From Sedimentisphaerales bacterium (GTDB lineage Bacteria; Planctomycetota; Phycisphaerae; Sedimentisphaerales; SM23-30): DNA of 64,000 nucleotides. A model generated the notes under the pieces. That model saw only the letters and a list, made by a program, of their open reading frames with translations. It ran no database searches and was not told where the DNA came from. The stretch is taken from contig JAFGSR010000181.1 in the NCBI GenBank assembly GCA_016934515.1, forward strand, positions 3,554-67,553. The letters run 5' to 3'. Shown here piece by piece: positions 7,839 to 17,264 of the stretch (position 1 is its first letter; each line of letters begins with the position of its first letter). The position numbers and the translations under genes are program-made.

Positions 7839-8079
7839 GGTAATAAGTCACAACTTAGATGAAACCGCCGATGGACGCAGATAAACGCGGATTTTTTTGT
7901 GCTGAAACAAAACATGCTTAAACCACTACGCGGTCCCGATAAGTCGGGATAAATTTCAGCATGCCACCCAATACCGCGGACTTTTATAGCTATGAAGGGG
8001 AGTTGTTTTTTGGAATGAGGGGATATAAACTCTGTCTGAGCGGTATGAGCAGCAATTACGCTTTGTAAGGGAACTTACT

Positions 8080-8526
8080 ATGGAGAAATTTGGATCGGTG
8101 GAAGCTATTCTGGATTTTGCGATAGGGGAAGAGGAGCGGGCGGCGGAGCTTTATCTGGGACTGGCGATTAAGATGGATAAGTCCTGGATGGTTGAGGTTT
8201 TTGAAGAGTTTGCTGCGGAGGAGAAGGTTCACAAGCAGAAGCTGGAGGCGGTCAAGCGGGGGGAAAAGCTGCGTTGGTCGAAGCAAAAGTTGGCGGACAT
8301 GAAGATTGCAGATTATGTGGTGGAGGTTGAGGCCCAGGCGAATATGGGATATCAGGACGCTCTGATATTGGCGATGAAGAAGGAGAAGTCGGCGTTTAAG
8401 CTATACAGCGATCTAGCGGCGAGCACGGACGATGAGGATTTGCGTGAGGCGTTTTTGTGTTTGGCGCAGGAAGAGGCCAAGCACAAGCTGCGTTTCGAGA
8501 TTGAGTATGACAATCTGATAGAATAA
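8080..8526 (+). CDS. Ferritin-like di-iron protein (rubrerythrin family, no rubredoxin domain)
   Basis: 148-aa ORF with two E...ExxH-type half-sites (EEERAAELY...AAEEKVHKQ and KKEKSAFKLY...AQEEAKHK). Confidence 0.75.
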   Translation: MEKFGSVEAILDFAIGEEERAAELYLGLAIKMDKSWMVEVFEEFAAEEKVHKQKLEAVKRGEKLRWSKQKLADMKIADYVVEVEAQANMGYQDALILAMKKEKSAFKLYSDLAASTDDEDLREAFLCLAQEEAKHKLRFEIEYDNLIE

Positions 8527-8630
8527 GCTTAGGGTGGTCAAGCCACAACCAAGTTGAAACCGCCGACCTGCTGCGACGAGCGTCAGCACGGCGAGTGCGC
8601 GCCGATAAACGCTGATTATTAAAAGCCTAA

Positions 8631-8674
8631 AAAACAAAAGAACCCTCGGCTGGTTGGCTGGGGGCTCTTTTTTT
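8631..8674. terminator. Probable bidirectional rho-independent terminator between convergent ferritin-like genes
   Basis: Imperfect 11-bp stem GAACCCTCGGC (8640-8650) / GCTGGGGGCTC (8657-8667). A T7 run follows at 8668-8674 and an A-rich run precedes the stem. Confidence 0.5.
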
Positions 8675-8712
8675 GTTGAGTTATTATTCAGATCCGTCGT
8701 CGGCAGAGAGCT

Positions 8713-9201
8713 TTAATATTGATCGGAGTCGAAGAGGAATTCGGCGTTTTCGAGCACGATGGCGGGTTGACCGACGAACTCAAGAGTCAGGTTGAGAAGT
8801 TTTTCGTGTTTTTGTTCCTCTTTACAGAGCACCAGCCAGATTTCTTTGAGGGCGGGGTCGGTGGCATCATGGGCTAGTTTGGTGTAAAGTTTGACCGATT
8901 CGGTTTCCAGGTTTCGGGCTTTTTCCAGGACAGCTTTGAGGTTGTCATCGTCCTGAAAAAGGGTGGTGTCGGACTGGGAGAGGGATTCAAAGACATTTTT
9001 CACACCGGCGAGGGATTGATCTTTGATCAGATCGGTTTTGCCGTTTTTGAGGTCCTGGATGACCTGGAGGTGTCTTTTTTCGTCGTCGGCCAACGAGAGC
9101 AGCATTTTTTTAGCGGCGGGGTTGTGGGCATTATCGGCAGCGTCGGAGAAGAATTCCATTCCGTCTTGTTCTATTTTGAGGGCGAAATCGAGCATTTCCA
9201 T
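8713..9201 (-). CDS. Ferritin-like di-iron protein (rubrerythrin family)
   Basis: The ORF track gives 8713..9240. The ATG at 9201 (MEMLDFALKIEQDGMEFF...) follows an AGGAAAGGA RBS. Half-sites are IEQDGMEFF...ADDEKRHLQ and LETESVKLY...CKEEQKHEK. Confidence 0.7.
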   Translation of the reverse strand: MEMLDFALKIEQDGMEFFSDAADNAHNPAAKKMLLSLADDEKRHLQVIQDLKNGKTDLIKDQSLAGVKNVFESLSQSDTTLFQDDDNLKAVLEKARNLETESVKLYTKLAHDATDPALKEIWLVLCKEEQKHEKLLNLTLEFVGQPAIVLENAEFLFDSDQY

Positions 9202-9419
9202 AATATCCTTTCCTGCCTTAAGTCTATAACAATTATGCAATTAGCTGATTAATCAGTTGCTAATTGCCTAAGGATAACAATTGATTTGCAGGATGATAGC
9301 AGATATTATCCAAGTGGTCAAGGTTGCCGGGCTGGGGGGATTTCCGGTTGGAAAATGTAGAAACTGGGCAAGAGGATGGGACGGACGGAAACAGAAGCTG
9401 CTATGTTGAGGAATTGCAA

Positions 9420-11060
9420 ATGATTATGTATGGAAAAGCAACTGTACCGGCTGAGTTAAGAGTTGGGAGACCGCGGTGGCATTGGATGCTGGCGGGGATG
9501 ATTTTGTTAACTTTGCCGGTGGTTGGTTATGCGAAGATTACCAAAGGGCCGATGCTGTTGCGGGTTTATCAGGATCGTGCAGCGGTTATGTGGGAAACGG
9601 ACGCGGCGGGGTCGGGGAAGGTTTTTTACGGGAAGGTGCCGGAAAAGCAAGGGGCGGGTGAATCTGCGGTGGTACTGGAGAAGCAGGTTGAATCAGATCC
9701 TATCGACATCGATTACAAGTATGAGGAGAAAGATCATCGGGTGTACATTCACAAGGTATGGCTGGAGAATCTCAAATCCGGCGTTGCTTACGAATACGCG
9801 ATTGTAGAGGGGGGATCGGCGGGGACGGGGGCGGGGCGGTATGGTTCGGGTCCTCATCGGTTCCGGACGGTGCCGAAGCATGCAGATGCGGTGCGTTTTG
9901 CGGTTTACGGGGACAGCAGATCTTTTCCCGATCGGCACCGCAAAATTGTGGAACAGATAATGAAGGCGAAGGTGGATTTTGTGGTTAATTCGGGTGATCT
10001 GGTCGGTTCCGGGATGCAATATCAGCAGTGGTCGGATGAGTTTTTTGAGCCGATGCGGGGATTGGCGGAATCGGTGCCGATCTATGCAGCCAAGGGCAAC
10101 CATGATAAAAGTTCGCAGGATTATTTTGAGAAGTTGCTGGTGCCGCCGGGGGAGAAAAATCATTTTGGATTTGAATACGGGCCGGTGAGTTACTGGTGCG
10201 GCGATCAGTATGTGGCGAAACCCGGAGAGTTGTTGGGATTGATGGCGAGATATTTTAAGGGGAAGACGGGGCAGTGGAATTTTGTATCTTTTCACGAGCC
10301 CTGTTTGAATTTTGGAGCGCATGATTCGGCATGGGGTTATCCAAACGCACTACAAAGAATTCTAGAAATGGGAGTGGATTTTCTGGTAGTGGGCCATTCG
10401 CACCTGTATGAACGATTTCGGCCTTTTTGTGGGAAAGATAAAGATGGTTCAGTGAGTTATTTGACGAGTATAACCAGTGGGGGCGGCGGAGCGCCGACGC
10501 ACGGTCCCTATCCGGTAGATTTACATGCTGCGGCCAACGAGGAGTATCATTTTTGTTTATTTGAGATAAAGGGTAACCTGCTAACTATGCAGGAGATAGA
10601 CTTAAACGGAAAAGTAATTGATTCGTTTAAGGTTTCCAAGGTTAAGGGGCGGTTGGATCCGGAATATGTATCGAATGCGGTACCGGTGGAGGAGGCTTTG
10701 CTGGTGCAGAGTTTGCAGCACAAACCGCCGTTAGCGAAACCGGTGGCGGCAAAAGATGAGCCGTTCTGGATTTTTTATGCTATATCGCTGCCTAATGCTA
10801 AAAGCGAGGTGAAGATTGATCTGGAATTGATATTTGATCCGGATAAGTATGAGATAAAGCAACCGAAACAGTCGGTGGTGGTTGGTTTGAATGAAACGGT
10901 TAAGGTTAAGTTTCTGGCAAAGGGCAAGCAGGAAGTGGAGCAAAACTGGTCAAATCCGGGGCCGATTACTCCGGCGATATGGCTGAGCTGTGAATACAAG
11001 TCCGATCAGTGGGAGGGCAGTGTGAAGTTGCCGGTGAAAGGTGAGAGGAAATTTAAATAA
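9420..11060 (+). CDS. Secreted or membrane-anchored metallophosphoesterase, purple-acid-phosphatase-like
   Basis: The ORF track starts at 9324; the ATG at 9420 is more plausible but the start remains uncertain. It has a hydrophobic signal/anchor (WHWMLAGMILLTLPVVGYA). Calcineurin-like motifs are present: FAVYGDSRS, NSGDLVGSG, KGNHD, VSFHEP, VVGHSHLYERF. Confidence 0.8.
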   Translation: MIMYGKATVPAELRVGRPRWHWMLAGMILLTLPVVGYAKITKGPMLLRVYQDRAAVMWETDAAGSGKVFYGKVPEKQGAGESAVVLEKQVESDPIDIDYKYEEKDHRVYIHKVWLENLKSGVAYEYAIVEGGSAGTGAGRYGSGPHRFRTVPKHADAVRFAVYGDSRSFPDRHRKIVEQIMKAKVDFVVNSGDLVGSGMQYQQWSDEFFEPMRGLAESVPIYAAKGNHDKSSQDYFEKLLVPPGEKNHFGFEYGPVSYWCGDQYVAKPGELLGLMARYFKGKTGQWNFVSFHEPCLNFGAHDSAWGYPNALQRILEMGVDFLVVGHSHLYERFRPFCGKDKDGSVSYLTSITSGGGGAPTHGPYPVDLHAAANEEYHFCLFEIKGNLLTMQEIDLNGKVIDSFKVSKVKGRLDPEYVSNAVPVEEALLVQSLQHKPPLAKPVAAKDEPFWIFYAISLPNAKSEVKIDLELIFDPDKYEIKQPKQSVVVGLNETVKVKFLAKGKQEVEQNWSNPGPITPAIWLSCEYKSDQWEGSVKLPVKGERKFK

Positions 11061-11103
11061 CTCAAGAATCAAAGACCAAAAATCGCAATTTTGGTGAGGA
11101 TTT

Positions 11104-11808
11104 ATGTTTAAAGCGGTAGTGTTTGATTTTGGCCAGACGCTGGTGGATTCGGCGGACGGATTTCGTCGGGCGGAGAAGGAGGCGCAGGCGAAGATATTTG
11201 GGGATTTGGCGTTTACCGATAAGGACGAGTTTTTGAAGGGGTATCGGCGGATTCGGCGGGAATTTCACGCTCAATCGAAGCTATCGCGGGTGAAGATCTG
11301 GGAGGAAGTGTACTGGTTTTTCTGTCGTCAGGCGGATATGGAAAAGCTGATGCAGTGGGAACAGGAATACTGGCAGAGGGTGAAGGAGCTGACGCGGGTG
11401 TTCGATGAGACCGTGGGGGTGCTGGGTGAATTGCAGAGGCGTTACAAGTTGGCGTTGGTGACGAATACACAGGGGCAAAGAAGCGGGAATGAACACCGAA
11501 TCAGTTTGTATCCGGAGCTGGAGAAGTTTTTTGAGGTGGTGGTAGTGGCGGGTGAAGGTGGGATTCCAGCTAAGCCGAGGATTGAGGCGTTTTCGGTGTG
11601 TCTGGAGCAGTTGAAGGTGTCGGCGGCGGAGGCGGTGTATGTGGGAGATGATTATCGCAACGATGTCGAAGGGGCAACGGCGGCGGGGATGAAGGCGGTG
11701 TGGCTGAAGCATCATTCGGTGGTGCGGAACTGGCCTGACGTAGAGCCGGAGGTGCCGGTGATAAGCAGTTTGGAAGAGTTGCTGGATTTGGAGAAAATTT
11801 TTAGTTAA
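11104..11808 (+). CDS. HAD-IA superfamily hydrolase (haloacid-dehalogenase-like motif I)
   Basis: 234-aa ORF. Motif I is VVFDFGQTLVD, motif II is LALVTNT, and motif IV is YVGDDYRNDVEGATAAGM. Confidence 0.8.
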   Translation: MFKAVVFDFGQTLVDSADGFRRAEKEAQAKIFGDLAFTDKDEFLKGYRRIRREFHAQSKLSRVKIWEEVYWFFCRQADMEKLMQWEQEYWQRVKELTRVFDETVGVLGELQRRYKLALVTNTQGQRSGNEHRISLYPELEKFFEVVVVAGEGGIPAKPRIEAFSVCLEQLKVSAAEAVYVGDDYRNDVEGATAAGMKAVWLKHHSVVRNWPDVEPEVPVISSLEELLDLEKIFS

Positions 11809-11870
11809 TGACGAATGACGAAACCAGAATGACGAATCAATGACGAATAACGAATGGCGAAGGAATTTTA

Positions 11871-11890
11871 GACAGGATGACAGGATTTAC
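11871..11890. repeat. Dispersed intergenic motif GACAGGATGACAGGATTTAC (copy 3 of 3)
   Basis: Identical 20-mer to 4584..4603. It is preceded by tandem-like ATGACGAAT units at 11808-11860 right after the HAD stop codon. Confidence 0.8.
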
Positions 11891-12048
11891 AAGATGGTTT
11901 TGAAATCCTAAACCCTAAATTCTAAACAAATTCAAAATTCTAGTTCCCTAAAACAGAAAACCGAATGAATGCGGCGGGCAGGGCCCACCCAACGGCGAAA
12001 TGCCGGATGCGCAGGTGAATAACTGCAGTGAAAGATTATGGAGGCTTG

Positions 12049-13530
12049 ATGAGTTCAAAAAAGGTGATGAATTATGTGGGCGGTGAGTGGGTGGAGCCGG
12101 AAAATGGTGGATGGCTGGACGTGGAGAATCCATCGACGGGGGAGGTGATTGGTCAATGTCCGTTATCGACCAGGGCGGCAGTGGACAGTGCGATTGAGGC
12201 GGCGGCGGGGGCTTATCCGGAATGGTCGCGGACGCCGGTGGCGCGTCGGGCGCAGTACATGGCGAAGCTAGCGGAGCTGTTGCGGGAGAATGAGGAGGCG
12301 CTGACCCGGGTAATGACCTTGGAGAACGGTAAGTCTTTGCCAGACGCCCAGGCGGAAGTGAAGCGGGCGTTGGAGAACTGCGAAGTGGCGAGTGGGATGC
12401 CGACGCTGATTCAGGGTGTCAAGGTGATGGGCTGTTCGTTTGGGATCGACGGTGAGGTGCTGCGGCTGCCGGTGGGGGTTTTTGGGATGATAGCACCGTT
12501 TAATTTTCCGGCGATGGTGCCGTTCTGGTTTTTGCCTTATGCGTTGGCGGCGGGCAATGCGATGGTGGTTAAGGCATCGGAGCAGGTGCCGCTGTCGATG
12601 CAGTTTGTGGGTGAGTTGATTGATCAGACGGGATTGCCGGCAGGAGTTTTCAGTTTGATTAACGGGGACCGGACGGCGGCGGAAGCGTTGGTGGCTAATC
12701 CGAATATTAAAGGGATTTCGCTGGTGGGCAACAGCAAGACCTGTCGGGTGGTGGGGCGAAAATGTGCCGAGGGCGGGAAGCGATTTTTGGGGATGGGCAG
12801 CGCGAAGAATCATCTGGTGGTGATGCCGGACGCGAAGGTGGATGAGGTGATTCGTAACATGATAACGTCCTGTTACGGTTGCGCGGGACAGCGGTGCATG
12901 GCATCGTCGGCGATAGTGGCGGTGGGCAGGGAGATGTACGAGAGAATCTGTGAGAAGTTTGTGTCGGCATCGCGGGAAGTGATTGTGGCCAATCCGCTGG
13001 ACGAGGTGGTGGCGGGCGAGGCGATGGTGATGGGGCCGGTGATTTCGGCACGGTCGAAGGAATTTATTCTTAGCATGATTGAAAAGGGATGCGCCGAGGG
13101 AGCGCATTTGGCATTGGACGGGCGGGGTCTGGTGGTGAAAGGGTGTGAGCAGGGTCATTTTGTCGGTCCGACGGTGTTTACGGATGTGAAGCCGGGTATG
13201 GCGGTGCACCGCACGGAGATTTTTGGGCCGGTGGTGGTGATTTTACAGGCGGAGACTCTGGACGAGGCGATTGGGATTATTAACGAGCACGAATACGGCA
13301 ACGGAGCTTCGATTTATACCCAGAACGGTTACTGGGCGCGGAAGTTCAAGCTGGAGACTTTGTGCGGGATGATTGGAGTGAATGTGGGGATTCCGGCGCC
13401 GGTGGCGTATCTGCCGTTTGGGGGGATGAAGGAGTCGCTGTTTGCGGACATTAAGGCTCAGAGCAGGTCGGTGATTGATTTTTATACGGAGAGCAAGGTG
13501 ATTACGGAGAGATATTGGCAGGAACAATAG
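12049..13530 (+). CDS. mmsA: CoA-acylating methylmalonate/malonate-semialdehyde dehydrogenase family
   Basis: The ORF track starts at 12028. The ATG at 12049 has a GGAGG 6 nt upstream (MSSKKVMNYVGGEW...). Family hallmarks are APFNFPAMVPFW and the catalytic-Cys block GCAGQRCMASS. Confidence 0.85.
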   Translation: MSSKKVMNYVGGEWVEPENGGWLDVENPSTGEVIGQCPLSTRAAVDSAIEAAAGAYPEWSRTPVARRAQYMAKLAELLRENEEALTRVMTLENGKSLPDAQAEVKRALENCEVASGMPTLIQGVKVMGCSFGIDGEVLRLPVGVFGMIAPFNFPAMVPFWFLPYALAAGNAMVVKASEQVPLSMQFVGELIDQTGLPAGVFSLINGDRTAAEALVANPNIKGISLVGNSKTCRVVGRKCAEGGKRFLGMGSAKNHLVVMPDAKVDEVIRNMITSCYGCAGQRCMASSAIVAVGREMYERICEKFVSASREVIVANPLDEVVAGEAMVMGPVISARSKEFILSMIEKGCAEGAHLALDGRGLVVKGCEQGHFVGPTVFTDVKPGMAVHRTEIFGPVVVILQAETLDEAIGIINEHEYGNGASIYTQNGYWARKFKLETLCGMIGVNVGIPAPVAYLPFGGMKESLFADIKAQSRSVIDFYTESKVITERYWQEQ

Positions 13531-13626
13531 TAATCTAAAAGATCACCCCCAAGAGTACTTGGCGGTGCCACCCGATATAAAGAAAGCTTGAAGCCTGAAG
13601 GATAAAGGATGAAGGGTAAGATTTGA

Positions 13627-13672
13627 TAAAAAAACTGCCCCGCGAAAAAATCGTAGGGCAGTTTTTTTTTTT
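13627..13672. terminator. Bidirectional rho-independent terminator shared by convergent mmsA and the phosphonate operon
   Basis: An A8 run is followed by the stem CTGCCC (13635-13640) / GGGCAG (13656-13661) and then a T11 run (13662-13672). Confidence 0.75.
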
Positions 13673-13731
13673 ATGAATAGAACTTTTCGGTTAAAAGTTA
13701 TGAAACTTTCTGTTCCAGCGTTTTGGGGCGA

Positions 13732-15120
13732 TTAGTCGCGGCCCCATTTTTCGAAATATGAACCGAAAATTTCATCATCGGTGGGAACGTATTCCTCGGT
13801 GGGTACGGAAAGCCAGGTGTAATTGAGGAATTGTTTCCAGTTGATGTTGTCGCTGGTCATGTTACCGGCCCAGGTGCCGCAGCCGAGGGTGTCGGTGAAG
13901 GGCTGGCCGTTGAACCAGCTGCCGCTGTTGGCCATGGCGTGGGGCATGTTGCAGTTGACGCGACCGACGTTGGCTTTGAGGCCCATTTCGAGTTGGCGTT
14001 CGCGGTTGAGGCTGTGTATGGAGGCGGAGTGACCTTCGCCGCTGAACTTTTGCATGAGCTTCATGCGTTCGATCATTTCGCTGAAATCGGTCCATTTCCA
14101 GACGGTCAGGACGGGAGAGATTTTTTCGCCACTGAAGCGGTCTTCGGGACCGGGTTTTTCGCCGATAACCATGAGGAAACGGGTGCCGGCGGGAACGGAG
14201 ATACCGGCGGCGGCGGCGATGACGGGAGCGGGTTTGGCGACGACGTCGCGGTTGAGGGAGTGACCATCGGGCCACATGTAGGTGCGGAGTTTTTCGCGTT
14301 CTTCGGTGGAGCAAAGGTAGCCACCTTCGCCCTTGAAGCACTCGATCATTTCATCGTAAACGCTGGCTTCGATGGCCACGGCATTTTCGGAGGAGCAGGA
14401 AGCGGAGTTGTTGGCGCATTTGGACTTGATGATTTTGGCGGCGGTGGATTTGATATCGACGGTTTCGTCAATGATGGAGATGACGTTACCGGCGCCAACG
14501 GTGTGAGCGGGTTTGCCGGCTTCGTAAACGACTTTGACCAGTGCGGCGCCACCGGTGGCGACGGCGAAATCACAGCCATTCATGAGTTCGCGGGTTTTTT
14601 CCTTACTGGTGTTTTTGATGCACTGGATGAGGTCTTCGGGGGCACCGATTTTTTTGAGTGCGGCGCGGCCGATTTCACAAGTGCGATAGGTGGACTTTTG
14701 GGTGCGGGGGTGAGGAGTTACGATTTGGGCGTTGCGGGTTTTTAGAATGTTGACGCCGAGCGCGCAGACGGTGGATTCCGGATTGGTGCAGGGCACGACG
14801 TTGGCGATGACGCCGATGGGTTTGGCGAATTTGACGATGCCGATTTCGGGAAGCTCTTCGACGATTCCGCAGGTTTTTGCATTACGCATGTCCCAGAGGG
14901 AGCCTTTGGTTTTGGACTGGATTTTACCGACTTTGTCTTCGTAAACGCCGATGCCGGATTCATCGACGGCCAGGCGGGCGAGTTCTTTGGCGGTTGACTC
15001 TTTGGACCACTCGTACCCGACGGCCAGAACCATTTCGTCGACCTTATCCTGAGGCCAATACTCGATAGTTTCGAAAGCCTTGCGGGCCTTTTTGTACATT
15101 TCCTGAATATTATCTTCCAT
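13732..15120 (-). CDS. CoA-acylating aldehyde dehydrogenase (AdhE-N / SucD / SauS-like family)
   Basis: The ORF track starts at 15204. The ATG at 15120 (MEDNIQEMYKKARKAFE...) has a GGAGG about 12 nt upstream. The protein has a VVPCTNPEST block and an active-site Cys context NNSASCSSENAV (compare the F-D-N-G-x-x-C-x-S-E-Q type). It is the last gene of the operon. Confidence 0.8.
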   Translation of the reverse strand: MEDNIQEMYKKARKAFETIEYWPQDKVDEMVLAVGYEWSKESTAKELARLAVDESGIGVYEDKVGKIQSKTKGSLWDMRNAKTCGIVEELPEIGIVKFAKPIGVIANVVPCTNPESTVCALGVNILKTRNAQIVTPHPRTQKSTYRTCEIGRAALKKIGAPEDLIQCIKNTSKEKTRELMNGCDFAVATGGAALVKVVYEAGKPAHTVGAGNVISIIDETVDIKSTAAKIIKSKCANNSASCSSENAVAIEASVYDEMIECFKGEGGYLCSTEEREKLRTYMWPDGHSLNRDVVAKPAPVIAAAAGISVPAGTRFLMVIGEKPGPEDRFSGEKISPVLTVWKWTDFSEMIERMKLMQKFSGEGHSASIHSLNRERQLEMGLKANVGRVNCNMPHAMANSGSWFNGQPFTDTLGCGTWAGNMTSDNINWKQFLNYTWLSVPTEEYVPTDDEIFGSYFEKWGRD

Positions 15121-15273
15121 GTTAGTTTTTACCTCCGTCTGCGGCAGCCGAGCATGCGGCTGTCCTGATTGAAAAAAGATTAAACAATTATTAACATTAA
15201 GCAATTAACCGGGTCAGAACCTGCTGACCATTGTTGTTGGTTAGGGTTTTTGATTAGACCTGAAAGGGCCAGG

Positions 15274-16338
15274 TTAATCAAGTTTTTTCCCAACGCTTTT
15301 AACGCCGGTTTTTTTGCTGGGATCTTCGATCTCTTCATGGATGCGATAGCCGGTGCCGAATATTTTTTGGCGTTCCTGGAAGGCCTGATTCCATTGATCG
15401 GGAGTATGGATCTGAGCGGGCTGGGCGTTTTTATCCCGTTCTTCGAGAGAGGGGACCGGGCGATCATCCGGGCCGTCGTAGATATCTTTGGGAGTCAGGG
15501 CCTGGCCGAGGCGGGTGTAGCCGTTTTCGGCGATATCGCGTTCAACTTCCTCGATGTAATGAGCACCGGCAGCGAAAGAGCGAGTGACAGCGAGGATGGC
15601 CCAGGTGGCTTCGGGCGAGAAGCCGAGGTCCATCATTACCGCCCCGGTAGCGCCGAGCATGTCGATATCGACCGGTTCGGAAGAAGCTTGTTGAGCGGCG
15701 GCGACGACCTCTTTCATGAAAGCGATGTTTTTGCCGGCTACGCCGAGTTTTTCGGCGTGAGCAATCATGCGTTTGGCGGCGGGGTCTTTGAGCATCAGGC
15801 TGGAGACCCCCAGGGACTCATCGTTGAGGTTGTCCTGGACGAGGAGTTTGGCCATTTCGGCGGTGGATTTGCCTTCTTGTTCGGCATGGTTGAGAAATTC
15901 TTCCAAGCGATTACCGAAAGCAGAGTAAGCGCCAAAGGCATGTCCGAAAGCCAGGATGGAAGCCCCGCAGGCCTGGGTAAGGAAGGTTTTGGATTGCGCT
16001 ACCATACGGGACATCAGCACAGGCATGGACAGGCCGTCCTCAAAAGAGAGAATCATTACGTAGTTTAGCATCTGCTCTTCTTCGACGAGCGGAATGCGGG
16101 ACTGGAAATCTACAAAGAGCACATCCGTAATGCCGTAACCTTCTTCCATCAGTTCGGTGGTATCGTAGCCGCGGGCCACGATGCGATGAACATTTTTGTA
16201 TGCTACTTCGGAGACCCACTGGAAAGGAGCCCGTTTGGTATCCAAGGGGACCGTGCCATATTCGCGTTTGCTGTAATCGTAAGGCATCTTGGGACTGTCA
16301 AGATTGCCAATTCCTTTTTTATCTCCTAAATCACCCAT
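15274..16338 (-). CDS. Citrate-synthase / citryl-CoA-lyase-fold protein, paralog B (His motifs degenerate)
   Basis: 354-aa ORF. The N-terminus reads IVARGYDTTELMEEGYGITDVLFVDFQSRIPLVEEEQMLNYVMILSFEDGLS, which is the citrate-synthase-family small-domain pattern. The C-terminus reads PVDIDMLGATGAVMMDLGFSPE...AVTRSFAAGAHYIEE. Its ATG overlaps the upstream gene by 13 nt; an alternative ATG is at 16287. Confidence 0.65.
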   Translation of the reverse strand: MGDLGDKKGIGNLDSPKMPYDYSKREYGTVPLDTKRAPFQWVSEVAYKNVHRIVARGYDTTELMEEGYGITDVLFVDFQSRIPLVEEEQMLNYVMILSFEDGLSMPVLMSRMVAQSKTFLTQACGASILAFGHAFGAYSAFGNRLEEFLNHAEQEGKSTAEMAKLLVQDNLNDESLGVSSLMLKDPAAKRMIAHAEKLGVAGKNIAFMKEVVAAAQQASSEPVDIDMLGATGAVMMDLGFSPEATWAILAVTRSFAAGAHYIEEVERDIAENGYTRLGQALTPKDIYDGPDDRPVPSLEERDKNAQPAQIHTPDQWNQAFQERQKIFGTGYRIHEEIEDPSKKTGVKSVGKKLD

Positions 16339-17222
16339 TGTTTGTACTCTCCTTGTTCTTTCTGGTTTTTGGCATATTCCTGACGTTCACTTTGCTTTGG
16401 AACACGACGGTCTTCGGGTCCGATGTACTTGATCATGCTGAGATCGATCATCTGGACCATGGGCTCGTTGCGGGAGGCGCCCCAGGCGCGGCCGCGTTTC
16501 ATATTGTAGATGGCGTGTGCGGCGCAACTAAACCCACGGCAGACGCTACCGATGCACCAGGCAGCATTGGGTGCGAAACCGATATCGCACAGAGCGGTAT
16601 TTCCGGAACCGACGACGTTGACGCCGACATAGGAACGTCCTTCGGCTTTGCGGCGGGCGTGGAAGTGTTTTTCGACGGCGCGTTGGAATTCGAGGTAAAC
16701 CCCCTGGACGCCGAGTTCTTCCTGTTTAACATGTATGGGTTCGGCACGGGGGTCGCTGTCGATGTGCTGTGGCTGTCCCATTCCCATGACGGGTGTTTTG
16801 TTGTCGAGGTATTCATCGACCAGGATTTTGGCCATTTCGTCGAGAGATTTTCCTTCTTTGTGGGCGCGGTCGAGATATTTGTTGAGCATGTAGCCATGCG
16901 CAGCCCCGGGACCATGTACGCCACCAAAAGTCATGATGGAGGCGGCAATGGCACAAGGCAGATTAGGCCGACCGGTTATAACGCCGATGGCACCAGCAGC
17001 GGAAGGCGACATGGAATGCTCCAGAAAAACGCCCATTTCGTACTTAAGCATTTTTTCTTCGGCGGCGGTGGGGATGCGGTTCTGGAACAACACAAACATA
17101 GCATCGCAGAAAGAATAACCTTTTTCAGCGAGGTCGCTGAGGTTGTACCCGCGCAAGACAGTTTTTTCTTCTGTCTTGTACGAGATCGACGTTTTTCTGC
17201 GAAATAGTGGATCCCTGTTCAT
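16326..17222 (-). CDS. Citrate-synthase / citryl-CoA-lyase-fold protein, paralog A
   Basis: 298-aa ORF. The sequence TSISYKTEEKTVLRGYNLSDLAEKGYSFCDAMFVLFQNRIPTAAEEKMLKYEMGVFLEHSMSPS resembles citryl-CoA lyase and citrate synthase. GGVHGPGAAHG corresponds to GPLHGGANE. VMGMGQPQHIDSDPRA corresponds to GFGHRVYKxxDPRA. Confidence 0.7.
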   Translation of the reverse strand: MNRDPLFRRKTSISYKTEEKTVLRGYNLSDLAEKGYSFCDAMFVLFQNRIPTAAEEKMLKYEMGVFLEHSMSPSAAGAIGVITGRPNLPCAIAASIMTFGGVHGPGAAHGYMLNKYLDRAHKEGKSLDEMAKILVDEYLDNKTPVMGMGQPQHIDSDPRAEPIHVKQEELGVQGVYLEFQRAVEKHFHARRKAEGRSYVGVNVVGSGNTALCDIGFAPNAAWCIGSVCRGFSCAAHAIYNMKRGRAWGASRNEPMVQMIDLSMIKYIGPEDRRVPKQSERQEYAKNQKEQGEYKQWVI

Positions 17223-17264
17223 TGGTAGCTCTCCAATCTTTTAAAATAGACGTAAATATTAAAA

